A DNA stretch of 53,570 bases from Nanobdellota archaeon (GTDB lineage: Archaea; Nanobdellota; Nanobdellia; Parvarchaeales; Parvarchaeaceae), in contig JAJZWM010000004.1 in assembly GCA_021846665.1 (NCBI GenBank), positions 1-53,570 of the forward strand. The letters run 5' to 3'. The notes beneath the pieces were generated by a model that did no database searches, had not been told where the DNA came from, and saw only the letters and a list, made by a program, of their open reading frames with translations. The position numbers and the translations under genes are program-made. Below are positions 1-10,935 of this stretch, piece after piece (positions within the stretch are counted from its first letter, which is position 1; each line of letters opens with the position of its first letter).

Positions 1-917
1 TTGTTTCCATAAGGTGATGATAATGTTCCGTCCTTGTGGATTATCCCCCAGGAACTTGCATGGAACCTTTTTTTGGATTTTAAAATAAATTCTATTATCC
101 AAGGTATCATTATAAATATCGCAAATAGTTGCATATCTCCTATTATCGCAACCACTGCAACTGCCCCACCTATTAGGTATGTAAGGCTATCTCCTGGTAT
201 TATCTTAGCAGGGTATTTCCCATAATAAAGGTAACCAAGTAAAACTGAAAACATAATAGCAGAAAGTGCAAAACCATCATAATTTTGCAGATGGAAAGAG
301 AATATAGAAAAAGCTGCAAATAATACTAAGCCCATCTGTATTGCAATACCATTAAGGCCTTCTAACATATTATAAGCATTTGATGCAAATACAACTCCAA
401 GAGGAATTAAAATTACTATATATATTATAGGATTAATGATAATATCTCCTATTCCTGGAAAATACACTTTGCTACCAAAAAACAAAACCATCAATGGTAC
501 TGCTCCTATTAAGGTAAGAATAGGTTTCTGCCACTGTTTAATGCCTCCATTGAAAACTGAATAATTCTTTGCCATCCTTTTTATGTCAGTCATTGAAGTT
601 CTTATCTTTCCACCAGATAGGTCATCTACAAATCCTATCAATGAGATTATTATTATTGATGATAAGCCAAGAAGAAGAGCTTCAGGGTTCAAATCTGCTT
701 TTATTACATAATTATAAGCAGCTATTAGTGACATTATTCCTGCGAATAATCCTATAATTAAAAGGAAACCACCACTTGAAGGAAGAATTGGTCTTTTTTG
801 CTTGTTTATATCCTGTGCTACTAATCCTGCTCTTATAAGTAAAGGAATTATAAACTTACCACTTATAAATGTGGCAATTGCTGCAACTATCGCAGAAAGC
901 AATATCTCTAATAGCAT
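1..917 (-). CDS. aglH: UDP-GlcNAc:dolichol-phosphate GlcNAc-1-phosphotransferase (AglH/GPT, MraY/glycosyltransferase family 4); 3' end runs off the window
   Basis: Not in the ORF track. Hand translation from ATG at 917 gives MLLEILLSAIVAAIATFISGKFIIPLLIRAGLVAQDINKQKRPILPSSGG..., with motifs IGFVDDL, NAYNMLEGLNG and YPAKIIPGDSLTYLIG; multi-TM. Confidence 0.85.
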   Translation of the reverse strand, partial: MLLEILLSAIVAAIATFISGKFIIPLLIRAGLVAQDINKQKRPILPSSGGFLLIIGLFAGIMSLIAAYNYVIKADLNPEALLLGLSSIIIISLIGFVDDLSGGKIRTSMTDIKRMAKNYSVFNGGIKQWQKPILTLIGAVPLMVLFFGSKVYFPGIGDIIINPIIYIVILIPLGVVFASNAYNMLEGLNGIAIQMGLVLFAAFSIFSFHLQNYDGFALSAIMFSVLLGYLYYGKYPAKIIPGDSLTYLIGGAVAVVAIIGDMQLFAIFIMIPWIIEFILKSKKRFHASSWGIIHKDGTLSSPYGN

Positions 918-981
918 TTAAATCTCTGTTTTTTAGTATATTTAAGTTTTATATTTGAAGGCTTTTATAATCTTATGTTAT

Positions 982-1054
982 AGCCCTGTAGTGTAGCGGC
1001 CAAGCACGAGGGCCTTTGGAGCCCTAGACACCGGTTCAAATCCGGTCAGGGCTA
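982..1054 (+). tRNA. tRNA-Gln(UUG), no intron, CCA not encoded
   Basis: Cloverleaf with AGCCCTG/CAGGGCT acceptor (A1-U72 typical of archaeal Gln), anticodon arm AGGGC-CTTTGGA-GCCCT and T arm ACCGG-TTCAAAT-CCGGT; TTTTATAT about 28 nt upstream. Confidence 0.95.
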
Positions 1055-1185
1055 GGTTTGTAGAGTACTAAGCTATCATTTAATATTTTCAGTATTCCAT
1101 TAGAAAGATAGTATAATACTATATACAAGTCTAAAAGTATTCATATCAAATATTATTATAGAGGTAGTATAAAATTCTAAAATAA

Positions 1186-3117
1186 TTAATCTTTCTTTAT
1201 GTCTTTAACATAAACATTCGCAGTATGCTGTCTATCTATTTTGAATGGCTTGAAAATGTTTCCGTTTCCTTCAAAGAACTTAGAAAAGAATTCTACATAG
1301 ATAAGCCTTGCTCCCTGTATTCCGCCTTCGAACAATGCGATTACTATATTGAATAGCTGGCCAAATACTAAAATTATAATTCCTCCTATAATAAAAGGTA
1401 TGGAATCTTTTAAACTGGAAACGAATATCAAATTTATAACCTGTGCAAGAATAACGGAAGCAAGAAGTATACCTACAAGCCTAGTGTATGACAGTATATG
1501 GCTTATTACTGATGGAATTTCCATCAAAGACTGCGTTCCTTCCGACCTAAGCACTAAAATAATCCCTACTATTATTGCAGCATAACTGCCAACAGCTTCT
1601 AAGTTAGAGAAGCCTATGTTCTCCCTGTGAAGGACTGCTAAACCTACTATTACAATCCCCCATGCAACTAAAAGCCAACCTACTCTACCAATAGCTTTCT
1701 TTATTTTTTTATTGTATAAAGCGTTAAGAGCTCCTAATATAAATCCAAATGATACCATTGCCACTCCTATCCATCCAGAAATCAAGAGCAAGGTAGAAAC
1801 ACTTTTAGTAACATTAAATAGCGGGGTGTAAGGTAAAGAAAATCCGAAGTATTCATTAAATATAACTCCTAAAGCAACAGCTATTATAGACCCGGGTATT
1901 ATTGCTTTCATTATCATCATCAGGCTATTTTTACTTATTATTGTCTTTACAAATTTTGCAAGTTTTCTAGGTATGTGGCTTTTTTTTGGAGGATGTTTTA
2001 TTCTATGGATGAGCCAGAAGCTAAGTAACAGAAAAGTTGCACCATAACCTGCGTCTCCAACCATTAGTCCAAAGAATATTGGAAAAGCTATACCAAAGAA
2101 TATTGTAGGATCAATCTCATTGCTTTTTGGTATGGAATAAAATCGTATAAAAAATTCATATAGCTTAAAAGAAACAGGGTTTTCCATCTTTGTTGGGGGT
2201 TCATCTTTGGTATTTATTCTTTCTAGAATGAACTGTTCTCCCGTTAATTTATTTAGATTCTCATCTAATACAGGTATTTTCTTGCTTTCTATCCATCCTT
2301 CAATTACTGTCATATAATCTGTTGAACCTATTTTTGGAATTATAGAAGTCTTTTTTGTCTCTATATCAAGATATTCCTTAAGATTGGCTACAGTACTATA
2401 ATATTTCTTTGACAGCCTTTCTAGTTTTTTGTTTAATTCTGAAAATCTTTCTTTATTCTTTTTTATATTGATTTGCTCCAATTCTGTTATTTCCTCGATT
2501 TTACCCTTCATTTCAGGTATCTTTATCAAATTTATCTCTTCTTTATTTGCTAAGTTAACAAGCTTTTCCTTGTTGTGTTTTTCTATTGTAAATATGTAAG
2601 CATTTTCAAGTTCTATACATTCGCATTCTATTTCTTTTCTTATTAATGCTACAAAGTCATTGTTATCCTTACTTTTTTGCATAAGAAAAGAATCTATTCT
2701 TGTGCCACTTAATATCTTAAAATCATATTTAAAACCTTTCATCAGATTTACAATGTCAATTATAGAATCGCTTTCTTTAATGCTTGCATCTATTTTTTCT
2801 TCCTCTTTTTTTATTTCGTTTACTTCTTCGTATATCTTTATTTTATCTGCTTCGTGAAAAACCTGTTGAAGATTTTTTATATCTACGTTCGTAATTTTCT
2901 GTTTTATTAAATTATTTTCTAGACTTCTTATTTTTTGGCCATATCTGTTTATTTTGTCGAATTCAATTTCTTTAAAGTCTTTTAGGATTTTCTTGCTTTC
3001 GCTTTCTAGTACTTCTATTTGTAGGAATCCAAGTTCTCCGAGTAATGTAATGGCCTTGTCATAATAGATTTTAGGCAGTATCAATCTTATTTTTTCTATT
3101 TTACTTGGCAGAAACAT
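1186..3117 (-). CDS. atpI: A/V-type ATP synthase subunit I (a)
   Basis: Coiled-coil N-half; EIDPT, FFGLMVGDAGYG, essential Arg in LSYTRL, RLIYVEFFSKFFEG. Confidence 0.95.
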   Translation of the reverse strand: MFLPSKIEKIRLILPKIYYDKAITLLGELGFLQIEVLESESKKILKDFKEIEFDKINRYGQKIRSLENNLIKQKITNVDIKNLQQVFHEADKIKIYEEVNEIKKEEEKIDASIKESDSIIDIVNLMKGFKYDFKILSGTRIDSFLMQKSKDNNDFVALIRKEIECECIELENAYIFTIEKHNKEKLVNLANKEEINLIKIPEMKGKIEEITELEQINIKKNKERFSELNKKLERLSKKYYSTVANLKEYLDIETKKTSIIPKIGSTDYMTVIEGWIESKKIPVLDENLNKLTGEQFILERINTKDEPPTKMENPVSFKLYEFFIRFYSIPKSNEIDPTIFFGIAFPIFFGLMVGDAGYGATFLLLSFWLIHRIKHPPKKSHIPRKLAKFVKTIISKNSLMMIMKAIIPGSIIAVALGVIFNEYFGFSLPYTPLFNVTKSVSTLLLISGWIGVAMVSFGFILGALNALYNKKIKKAIGRVGWLLVAWGIVIVGLAVLHRENIGFSNLEAVGSYAAIIVGIILVLRSEGTQSLMEIPSVISHILSYTRLVGILLASVILAQVINLIFVSSLKDSIPFIIGGIIILVFGQLFNIVIALFEGGIQGARLIYVEFFSKFFEGNGNIFKPFKIDRQHTANVYVKDIKKD

Positions 3118-3434
3118 TATAGTTTAAATTCCTCCTTCAAAACATCTTCAAATATACTAAGCATTTCTTTCTCATCAAGTGGTTTTATACTAGCTGCTTT
3201 TTGGTTTGCTTCCTTTAATGATTCTTCTCTAAGTTTTTCTGTTTCTTTTTCTACTTTTTCTATTGAGCTGTTAATCGTTTCATTTGCTTCTTTCTGAGCT
3301 TTTTTTATCTTTTCCCCATTTTCCTTTTCTGTTTCTTCTATTAATTTTCTTGCTTTTTCTTCTGCCTGTTCTATTTTCTTTGCAGACAGATCTTCTATCT
3401 CTCTTATTTTTTGTAGAGTTTCTAGCGATTCCAT
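3117..3434 (-). CDS. atpH: A/V-type ATP synthase subunit H (peripheral stalk, G-like)
   Basis: 105-aa E/K-rich coiled coil between atpD and atpI with coupled start/stop codons. Confidence 0.8.
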   Translation of the reverse strand: MESLETLQKIREIEDLSAKKIEQAEEKARKLIEETEKENGEKIKKAQKEANETINSSIEKVEKETEKLREESLKEANQKAASIKPLDEKEMLSIFEDVLKEEFKL

Positions 3435-4045
3435 TAGCTGTGTAACCTTTTTATGAATTTAATTGATACTAGTCTGTCCCTTTCCATATCATCTAAACTT
3501 TGTTTTATATATTTTATTTTTGCGTTCCATCTCGGCATTATTACGTTCTCTATTGAATTTGTTCTTCTGTTTAATTTGTATATCTCATTTAGTAGATTTC
3601 TCATTGCAGTTTCTTTCTCAGCAATTTCTATAAGCATTGAAAGAAATGAGGAATACATGTTTTTTGCATCGTAAACAGGCGTAGGTATAGTTAAGCTATC
3701 ACTTTTGCTAAGTACATCGATGGTTTCATTCATATTTATATTTGGTATTAGCAAACCCATGACATTTCTTGCTTTTAGACTTGCAAGCTTTTCACTCTGT
3801 TCTTGTGCTACTCTTTCTATGGTTATTCTGCCGCTTAAGGCTTCTGCTATTTCTATGCTTTCTCTGCTTTTGTCCATAAATTTCTTAAGGTCTGTTTTCA
3901 TGCTTTGTACTTGCTTTGCCAGCTCAAAAAATTCTAGTATTAAAGAGGACCTTTTCATTTTTAGAAGCTGTAAACCTCTTTCTGCGGTTTTTATCTTTCT
4001 CTTTGTTTCGATTAATTCTCTTCTTGTTACTCTTATTGTTTCCAT
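3434..4045 (-). CDS. atpD: A/V-type ATP synthase subunit D
   Basis: TRRELI...[26 protein letters not shown]. Confidence 0.95.
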   Translation of the reverse strand: METIRVTRRELIETKRKIKTAERGLQLLKMKRSSLILEFFELAKQVQSMKTDLKKFMDKSRESIEIAEALSGRITIERVAQEQSEKLASLKARNVMGLLIPNINMNETIDVLSKSDSLTIPTPVYDAKNMYSSFLSMLIEIAEKETAMRNLLNEIYKLNRRTNSIENVIMPRWNAKIKYIKQSLDDMERDRLVSIKFIKRLHS

Positions 4046-5412
4046 TTGCCGTATTTTTCTATAAATTCTGGTTTTATTCTTTTCATTTCATTTTTATCTA
4101 TACTACTTAAAAGCTCCCAGCCAAGGTCTAAAGTCTCATTTATGCTCCTATCTTCATTGAATCCTTGTTTTATGAACTTATTCTCAAATTCTTCGGCAAA
4201 ATGCAGATATTGCTTGTCTATCTTGCTCAATGCATCTTCACCTACTATTTCTGTTAGACTTCTAAGTTCTTTTCCTTTTGCGTATGCTGCATACAACTGA
4301 TCAGAAACGTTTCTGTGATCTTCTCTCGTTGAATCTTTTCCAATTCCTTGGTTCATAAGCCTTGACAATGAAAGAAGAACATCAACACCAGGATAAATTC
4401 CACTTTTGTCTAATGCTCTGCTTAGTACTATCTGTCCTTCTGTAATGTAGCCTGTTAAATCAGGTATTGGATGTGTTATATCATCGCTTGGCATTGTAAG
4501 TATTGGTAATTGTGTTATTGATCCTTCCTTTCCCTTAACTTTTCCAGCTCTTTCAAAAAGGCTTGCAAGGTCTGTATACATATATCCCGGATAACCTCTT
4601 CTTCCAGGTACCTCATCTCTTGCTGCAGAGATTTCACGCAGGGCTTCTGCATAATTTGTTATATCTGTAAGTATAACAATTACATGTGCATTCTTTTCAT
4701 ATGCTAGATATTCCGCGGCTGTTAATGCAAGTCTTGGAAGAATAACTCTTTCCATTGAAGGTTCTGCAGCAAGATTAAGAAATATCACTGATCTTTCAAG
4801 TGCGCCACTATTCTGGAATTCATTTATGAAAAAGTTTGCATCCTCACTGTTTATTCCTATACCCCCAAAAACTACGTAGAAATTCTGTTTTTCTGTAAGT
4901 ATCTTTGCCTGCTTTACTATTTGTGCAGCAAGCTTATTATGCGCAAGACCAGAACCCGAAAATATTGGAAGTTTTTGACCTCTTACTAGTGTGTTCATAC
5001 AGTCTATTGAAGATATACCTGTTTGTACAAACTCTGAAGGTTCTTCTCTTGCATATGGATTTATTGGACTTCCATTTATGTCCATCTTTTCATCGCTAAA
5101 TATAGGTATGCCGCCATCTCTTGGTCTTCCTAATCCATCGAATACTCTACCAACCATATCCATACTGACTGGCATTTTGAAAGTTGTTCCTTTGAATCTG
5201 ACTTTTGTAGTTTGTGTGTTCATTCCTGTTGTTTCACCGAATACCTGTATTATAGTTACATCTTCATTTGTTGCAAGAACTTGGCCACTTACTTTTTTCC
5301 CGTTTTCAAGCTCTATTTCAACCTGCTCGTTGTAACCTGCATTCTTTACGCTTTTAACAAAGAGTAAAACGTTAGTTACTTTTTCAATTGTTTTGTATTC
5401 TATCTCTTCCAT
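4033..5412 (-). CDS. atpB: A/V-type ATP synthase subunit B
   Basis: [47 protein letters not shown]. Confidence 0.97.
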   Translation of the reverse strand: MEEIEYKTIEKVTNVLLFVKSVKNAGYNEQVEIELENGKKVSGQVLATNEDVTIIQVFGETTGMNTQTTKVRFKGTTFKMPVSMDMVGRVFDGLGRPRDGGIPIFSDEKMDINGSPINPYAREEPSEFVQTGISSIDCMNTLVRGQKLPIFSGSGLAHNKLAAQIVKQAKILTEKQNFYVVFGGIGINSEDANFFINEFQNSGALERSVIFLNLAAEPSMERVILPRLALTAAEYLAYEKNAHVIVILTDITNYAEALREISAARDEVPGRRGYPGYMYTDLASLFERAGKVKGKEGSITQLPILTMPSDDITHPIPDLTGYITEGQIVLSRALDKSGIYPGVDVLLSLSRLMNQGIGKDSTREDHRNVSDQLYAAYAKGKELRSLTEIVGEDALSKIDKQYLHFAEEFENKFIKQGFNEDRSINETLDLGWELLSSIDKNEMKRIKPEFIEKYGKWKQ

Positions 5413-5413
5413 A

Positions 5414-8400
5414 TTATCTCTCCATGCTCATCTTTTTTATTTCTTCTATGTCTTTCTCTATTTCCTTTAATTTATCATCAATTTCTTCTTCTTTAGTATA
5501 TCTTAATCTTGCTATTTTTGGTTTTATTTGTATTGATTGCAGTTTTTCAATTGGTACATTTCTATTAAGAGCAGCTTTCTCAGCATCAAATACTTCATTT
5601 ATAACTTTTAGCATCTTATACTGTTTACTTACTGATGCATAAGTATCGGTTTCATCGAAAGCATTTTGTTGAAGGTAATCCTCTCTCAGCATTTTTGCAA
5701 TGTCTAATGTAAGTTTGTCTGATTCTGGTAGTGCATCGTAACCGACAAGCTGTACAATCTCATTTATTTCAGCTTCCTTTTGTAATGTAGCCATTGATTT
5801 ATCTCTGAGTTCTGGCCAATCCTGTGCAATGTTTTTTCTGTACCATTGATCTAGCTCATCTGTATAAAGTGAGTAACTGTTAAGCCAGTTAATTGATGGA
5901 AAATGTCTTGCATTAGCAAGTGATGCATCTAAAGCCCAAAAGACTCTCGTAACCCTAAGAGTATTCTGTGAAACAGGTTCTGATATATCTCCGCCAGGCG
6001 GAGAAACTGCCCCTATTAGTGTTGCTGCACCTATTTTTCCGCTTAATATCCTTGCTCTACCTGCTCTTTCATAGAATTCACCTATCCTTCTTCCAAGATA
6101 TGCAGGATAACCTTCCTCTCCAGGCATTTCTTCCAGTCTTCCGGAAAGTTCCCTTAGTGCTTCGGCCCATCTGGAAGTACTGTCGGCCATTACAGCTACA
6201 CTGTAGCCCATATCTCTGTAATATTCTGCAAGTGTTATGCCTGTGTAAATGCTTGCTTCTCTTGCTGCTACAGGCATGTTTGAAGTATTTGCTATAAGTA
6301 TGGTCCTATCCATTAAAGGCTTTCCGCTTTTAGGATCTTTTAGCTCTGGAAAGGTCGTAAGTATCTCTGTCATTTCGTTTCCTCTTTCACCACAGCCAAC
6401 ATAAACTATTACATCAGCATCGGACCATTTCGCAAGCTGGTGCTGAATTACAGTATTATGCAGAAGTATCGCACCGTTACCTCCAATGAAGTTGCTGCCA
6501 AATTCAGGAGTTACAACATCATATACATCAAATGGCCCTTTTGTTTCCTCTATCTCTGTTATTTTGTCGAAGTATACATAATCTAACATTTTTTGAATTT
6601 CTACGAGATTCTGTAGTTCCAAAGTACCCTCACTATTTGGATTTGAAATAGCGCTTAAGAATTTGTTAAAGCTATCCACAGTAAAATTCTCATTTCCACT
6701 CATGTAGTTTGTTATTTCTATGCCTTTTTCCTTCAATTCGGAGTAATTTGGATATTTTTTATATAGGTTTTCTACGTAATTGCTGTTTAGAGGCATTAAG
6801 TCTATAGAAGTGTAGGAGCTGTCTTTAGATTTTATGTAATTAATTATTCTATTAATTTTTTCATATTTTTGATGGCTATCATTTATGTTTTGGTAGAATT
6901 TTTTCAATTCCTTCAAATTCCTTATATAGACCCTATTCTTATCGTTGTATCCTTTAACTTTTTCAGAATGCATAGAGTTAATTATCCCTAATCTAGTTAA
7001 CGTATAAGAAAGTTGAATCTGCAATTTTTTGCTTGCGGTTGAAAACCCTATGCTCCCGCCGTAAAAACTTCCATCTCCAAGGAAATAACCTCTAATAAAC
7101 GCAGCTAATATCTTATTATTAGCTTTCATTATAACATTTGGTATATATTTCTCAGATGCATTTTTGGCGTTTATTAACCTTCTAATAAGTTTTACTAAAA
7201 TTGCACTATTAACTAAAGCATTGGGTACCTTATCTTTTTGTATTTCTAAAGTAGATTTTAATCCAAAAAGATCTTTAACTAAGAAATTGAATCGCTTTAT
7301 GAGTTTGTTGTCAGAATTAGTAAATACTATCGTATTTCTTCCTCTTATATATCCTTTAGCTACAAATAGTCCAATAAACTCTGCGAAGTTCTCATCTACA
7401 TATCTTGGTATCTTCATTAGTTTTCCAGCTCCGTCTTGTATTTTAACGTTTTTAAGTAAATCCTTCATTTTTAGTAAAATATTTTTGTCTATTGTTCTTG
7501 CATCAAATAAGTATTCGTATAGGTCTATTTTCTGTATTTCTTTATTTACCTCAAATTTTCTTATCGCGATTATGTAATCACCTTTACGAAGGTTTTCTGC
7601 AGATTCTTCCTTTATACCTGCTCCATCTAATTTGAATAGCTTGTGTACAGGTGTTATTTTTGCTTCCCTTCCAGTCTTTGTCTTTATTCTTATAACTGAA
7701 TCACTTTTGCCTTTATACAGGAATTTTGATTTGCTTTCTTTAACTTTTCCACCATACATCGAAAATAGTTTTAGTGGGTTTTTAAGCCTTAACAATGTTT
7801 CATTTTCATCTTGGTATTCTATATCACTATCCTTTTCATTTTCTTTGTAGATTTCTTCAATGCTTTTTATCTCGCCATTTGCTAACAAAACTGGAGTTTC
7901 TCCTAGTACGCATTTTCCGGATCCAAATGGCCCTGGTACCGCTGCAGTACCTCCCATTGCAACAGGAAACATTGTATCTACAACTCTTTGTCCAGTTAAG
8001 AGAGGAACCGTAGGAGAAAGTTTTTCTTTTACAGGTCTTGCCGTTCTTACTGGCCATTTTGTCATTAGCTTTATTTCCTCTGTTTTTTTATCGTTTTCCA
8101 ATACTGCAATAGTTTCATCTATAGTGTAATCTCCTTCCTCTGCAATCTTTTTTATTATTCCTTTCTGATTTACCGGAACAAGGACTCTGTGTTTTATTAA
8201 GGAAGTTTCTTTTACTTCTCCTATTTCTTCACCTGGCTCTACAGCTTTTCCTTCCTCTACTTTTGGCTTGAAGTGCCATTTTTTTTCTCTATCTAATGAA
8301 TTAACTTTTATTCCACTACCTATGAATGTACCCTCTTTGTTTAGAATTTTATCCAATGGCCTTTGTATACCGTCAAATATAGAGCCTATTAATCCTGGGC

Positions 8401-8623
8401 CAAGTTCAACCGACAAGGGTTCTCTGCTATCAATTGCCTTTTCTCCTATCCTGAGTCCGCTTGTATCTTCATATACCTGTACTATCGCATTTTTTCCTTC
8501 TATTTTTACTATCTCACCAACCAGTTCATTTTCTCCTATAAAAACAATATTATTCATTTTCGGATCTTCAAGATCAGAAACGGTTACTACTGAACCGGAA
8601 ATTCCTATTACTTTTCCTTCCAT
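5414..8623 (-). CDS. atpA: A/V-type ATP synthase catalytic subunit A, intein-containing precursor (mature protein about 583 aa)
   Basis: Walker A GPFGSGK|T is split by an insertion; [28 protein letters not shown]. Confidence 0.97.
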   Translation of the reverse strand: MEGKVIGISGSVVTVSDLEDPKMNNIVFIGENELVGEIVKIEGKNAIVQVYEDTSGLRIGEKAIDSREPLSVELGPGLIGSIFDGIQRPLDKILNKEGTFIGSGIKVNSLDREKKWHFKPKVEEGKAVEPGEEIGEVKETSLIKHRVLVPVNQKGIIKKIAEEGDYTIDETIAVLENDKKTEEIKLMTKWPVRTARPVKEKLSPTVPLLTGQRVVDTMFPVAMGGTAAVPGPFGSGKCVLGETPVLLANGEIKSIEEIYKENEKDSDIEYQDENETLLRLKNPLKLFSMYGGKVKESKSKFLYKGKSDSVIRIKTKTGREAKITPVHKLFKLDGAGIKEESAENLRKGDYIIAIRKFEVNKEIQKIDLYEYLFDARTIDKNILLKMKDLLKNVKIQDGAGKLMKIPRYVDENFAEFIGLFVAKGYIRGRNTIVFTNSDNKLIKRFNFLVKDLFGLKSTLEIQKDKVPNALVNSAILVKLIRRLINAKNASEKYIPNVIMKANNKILAAFIRGYFLGDGSFYGGSIGFSTASKKLQIQLSYTLTRLGIINSMHSEKVKGYNDKNRVYIRNLKELKKFYQNINDSHQKYEKINRIINYIKSKDSSYTSIDLMPLNSNYVENLYKKYPNYSELKEKGIEITNYMSGNENFTVDSFNKFLSAISNPNSEGTLELQNLVEIQKMLDYVYFDKITEIEETKGPFDVYDVVTPEFGSNFIGGNGAILLHNTVIQHQLAKWSDADVIVYVGCGERGNEMTEILTTFPELKDPKSGKPLMDRTILIANTSNMPVAAREASIYTGITLAEYYRDMGYSVAVMADSTSRWAEALRELSGRLEEMPGEEGYPAYLGRRIGEFYERAGRARILSGKIGAATLIGAVSPPGGDISEPVSQNTLRVTRVFWALDASLANARHFPSINWLNSYSLYTDELDQWYRKNIAQDWPELRDKSMATLQKEAEINEIVQLVGYDALPESDKLTLDIAKMLREDYLQQNAFDETDTYASVSKQYKMLKVINEVFDAEKAALNRNVPIEKLQSIQIKPKIARLRYTKEEEIDDKLKEIEKDIEEIKKMSMER
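6455..7912 (-). mobile_element. Intein (486 aa) with LAGLIDADG/DOD homing endonuclease domain, inserted in the AtpA P-loop
   Basis: Starts CVLGETPV right after GSGK; block B ITPVH; HEN motifs [10 protein letters not shown] and [11 protein letters not shown]; block F/G VYDVVT...NFIG...LLHN followed by extein Thr. Confidence 0.95.
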
Positions 8624-8624
8624 T

Positions 8625-8948
8625 TTATTTTAATTTAGTTATGTCCACCCCCAGTACTCTTTTTGCTAGACTTTCTAGCGATTCTTTGCTTTCTTCTACT
8701 TCCTGTGAAGGTATAAGTAATACTAACGGATCAACGCTTAAATTTATTATGCTAAGTTCATTCTGGTCCGCATATTCCTTTATACTTTCTTCGGCTATTA
8801 TAAGGTTATATTCTTTGCTTTTTATTAATTTAATGACTTCATTTAGTGCTTCTTTTCCAGTTAAATCGATTGAATTATCTATCCCTGCAAGTTTTAATCC
8901 TAGTCCATCTCTCCTGTCACCTACAAAAACTATTTTTTTAAATTCCAT
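8625..8948 (-). CDS. atpF: A/V-type ATP synthase subunit F
   Basis: KIVFVGD...GLKLAGI; C-terminal [10 protein letters not shown]. Confidence 0.92.
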   Translation of the reverse strand: MEFKKIVFVGDRRDGLGLKLAGIDNSIDLTGKEALNEVIKLIKSKEYNLIIAEESIKEYADQNELSIINLSVDPLVLLIPSQEVEESKESLESLAKRVLGVDITKLK

Positions 8949-9978
8949 ATCCTATATCAACTATCTTTTTTTCTATGTTATAATATTTTTTAAACCAGTT
9001 AAGTCTTATGGTGTCTCTCTCTATTTCCGCGCTTATTATAAATGAAAGGGTGGAAGCTACCGATAAAGAGTTTGCTCTGAATATGGGCAGGTATTTATCA
9101 TGCACAATTCTCTTTAACTCTACTTCAAAATTTGCTATAAGTCCATCTTCCTTGTAAAGTTCAAGGGCTTCATCTAAATTATATGGTAATTCCTTTATAA
9201 AATCTACAATATTCATCTTTGTCATATCATTTAGTTTGTCTATGCTGATAGAACCTCCTTTTATCAAAAGCTCTTTTGCGGGTTTTTTTAGTTCTATCTC
9301 TTTGATTACTGTTATTATGTTCCTTAAATCTATTAATCCCTGTATGAATCTCAATACAGGACCCTCATTTCCATTATAGAACTTGAAATTTCTTAAAAGA
9401 TCATTATAATATTCAATATCCAGTGCCAAAGACATACCAGAAACATCTCTGCTTAATTCAGCAGAAACTGAAAAAGGAAGCAATACTCTCCCATATGGAT
9501 ATCTCGTAAGATAATTTATTACTTCAACAATATCTTTTTGCTCTATTATGTTTCTATAATCTTCTTTGCTTATCAAGGGACTTGATAACCCTAAAGGAAA
9601 GCTTCTTCCTATAGTTAAAAGGTTTTCAGTTATTTCTACGTTCTTTCCTATTAGTTTTGCGGCCAGGATAAGTTTTATGTTTTGTATATCTATCTTCGAA
9701 AGATAGCTTCTTATTAAAGGCTTTCCAATACTTGGGAGTACTCCCATGGCAGAATTACAGTTATTTAAAAAATGAGTGTTTACTACAACATCTATTATAT
9801 CCGGCTCCTTGAAACGATTATAGAACTGATCAATTTCATTTTTGTAAGAGGTAGAAGAAAGTACATTCATGAATTCTTCTTTTTTAGTTTCCTTTATTCT
9901 CTCTATTTCATCCTTTCTTAAAAGATTAAGGTAAAGTGCCTTAACGTGTCCGTACGCACCTGCATATGTAGAATCCAT
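8938..9978 (-). CDS. atpC: A/V-type ATP synthase subunit C (d); start taken as the ATG at 9978 (MDSTYAG)
   Basis: Position between E and F; DIQNIKLIL and IDLRNIITVI repeats; ATG sits just after the atpE stop. Confidence 0.88.
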   Translation of the reverse strand: MDSTYAGAYGHVKALYLNLLRKDEIERIKETKKEEFMNVLSSTSYKNEIDQFYNRFKEPDIIDVVVNTHFLNNCNSAMGVLPSIGKPLIRSYLSKIDIQNIKLILAAKLIGKNVEITENLLTIGRSFPLGLSSPLISKEDYRNIIEQKDIVEVINYLTRYPYGRVLLPFSVSAELSRDVSGMSLALDIEYYNDLLRNFKFYNGNEGPVLRFIQGLIDLRNIITVIKEIELKKPAKELLIKGGSISIDKLNDMTKMNIVDFIKELPYNLDEALELYKEDGLIANFEVELKRIVHDKYLPIFRANSLSVASTLSFIISAEIERDTIRLNWFKKYYNIEKKIVDIGYGI

Positions 9979-9979
9979 C

Positions 9980-10540
9980 TTATTTCTCCAATTTTTCAAT
10001 TACACTTTTTGCGATCTTTTCTTCTAGAGACTGTATAACTTTATCTATAGATAAATCAATTGAAAATTTACCATCCTGACTTTCTGCGTAAACTCCAAAC
10101 ATCTTTTTTTTCATTAGTTTAGCATTCTTTTCATTTTTGCCGAAAGTTTCTAAGTCCTTTTTATTCATAAAAATGATCGCATCTTCTCCAATTCTCTTTT
10201 TAGCCTCCTTTATAAGCGTGTTCATCAATTTTTCATATTCTGCAGTTTCACTGAATTTAGATTCTGAAGAATAAAGGTTATTCATGCTTTCCTTAAAAGC
10301 GCTGCTTATTGCTTTTTTCATTATCTGGTTCTTTTCAACGTTTATTTTGGCTTTTTCAATTTCTTCTTTTTCTGATATGAATGCTTTTGTTTTATCTTTT
10401 GCTTCTTTTAATATTTCTTCAGCTTTTTTGTCTGCTTCATTAGCAGATTGATTTGCCTTTATCTGTGCTTCTATAATCATTTTTTTGACTTTAGTATCCG
10501 TCTCTTTCTCTATGTGTTCTGCTATTTTCTCCAAGCTCAT
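9980..10540 (-). CDS. atpE: A/V-type ATP synthase subunit E
   Basis: MSLEKI.. coiled coil; C-terminal GVYAESQDGK..ID.S. Confidence 0.88.
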   Translation of the reverse strand: MSLEKIAEHIEKETDTKVKKMIIEAQIKANQSANEADKKAEEILKEAKDKTKAFISEKEEIEKAKINVEKNQIMKKAISSAFKESMNNLYSSESKFSETAEYEKLMNTLIKEAKKRIGEDAIIFMNKKDLETFGKNEKNAKLMKKKMFGVYAESQDGKFSIDLSIDKVIQSLEEKIAKSVIEKLEK

Positions 10541-10556
10541 ATAATAACGCTATGCC

Positions 10557-10790
10557 TCACAGTATTTGTAAAAGCAGTATTAGTCCTAGTACAAAACCTA
10601 TTATCCACAGTGTTTCAGGGATTACAAAGAAGAAAAGTACCTGTCCAAATTTCTCAGGTTTTTCAGCGATTATTCCCATACCGGCTGCACCTATTCCTTG
10701 CTGTGCCATCCCAGTACCTATTAAACCACCTGCTATTGCTATTGCTGCGGCTATCGCATATAGAGCACCCGCGTCTGTTGCAATTACCAT
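10557..10790 (-). CDS. atpK: A/V-type ATP synthase proteolipid subunit K/c (single hairpin)
   Basis: Two hydrophobic helices, AQQGIGAAGMG..AEKPE, carboxylate in IPETLW. Confidence 0.95.
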   Translation of the reverse strand: MVIATDAGALYAIAAAIAIAGGLIGTGMAQQGIGAAGMGIIAEKPEKFGQVLFFFVIPETLWIIGFVLGLILLLQIL

Positions 10791-10811
10791 AGCATTTTAC
10801 GTTTTTTTCTA

Positions 10812-10823
10812 TTTTTAAGCTTT
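10812..10823 (-). promoter_or_regulatory. Putative BRE-TATA of the ATP synthase operon
   Basis: Minus strand reads AAAGCTTAAAAA 22-33 nt upstream of the atpK ATG. Confidence 0.45.
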
Positions 10824-10935
10824 ACTGTTTTTAATTAAAAATAATTTTATAATTTTTATATTTCATTAAAATATGAAAATAGAAAGCTTTTTAAAGCATA
10901 GTAAAAGCGAAAACTATTTATACTAGTTCATTCAT

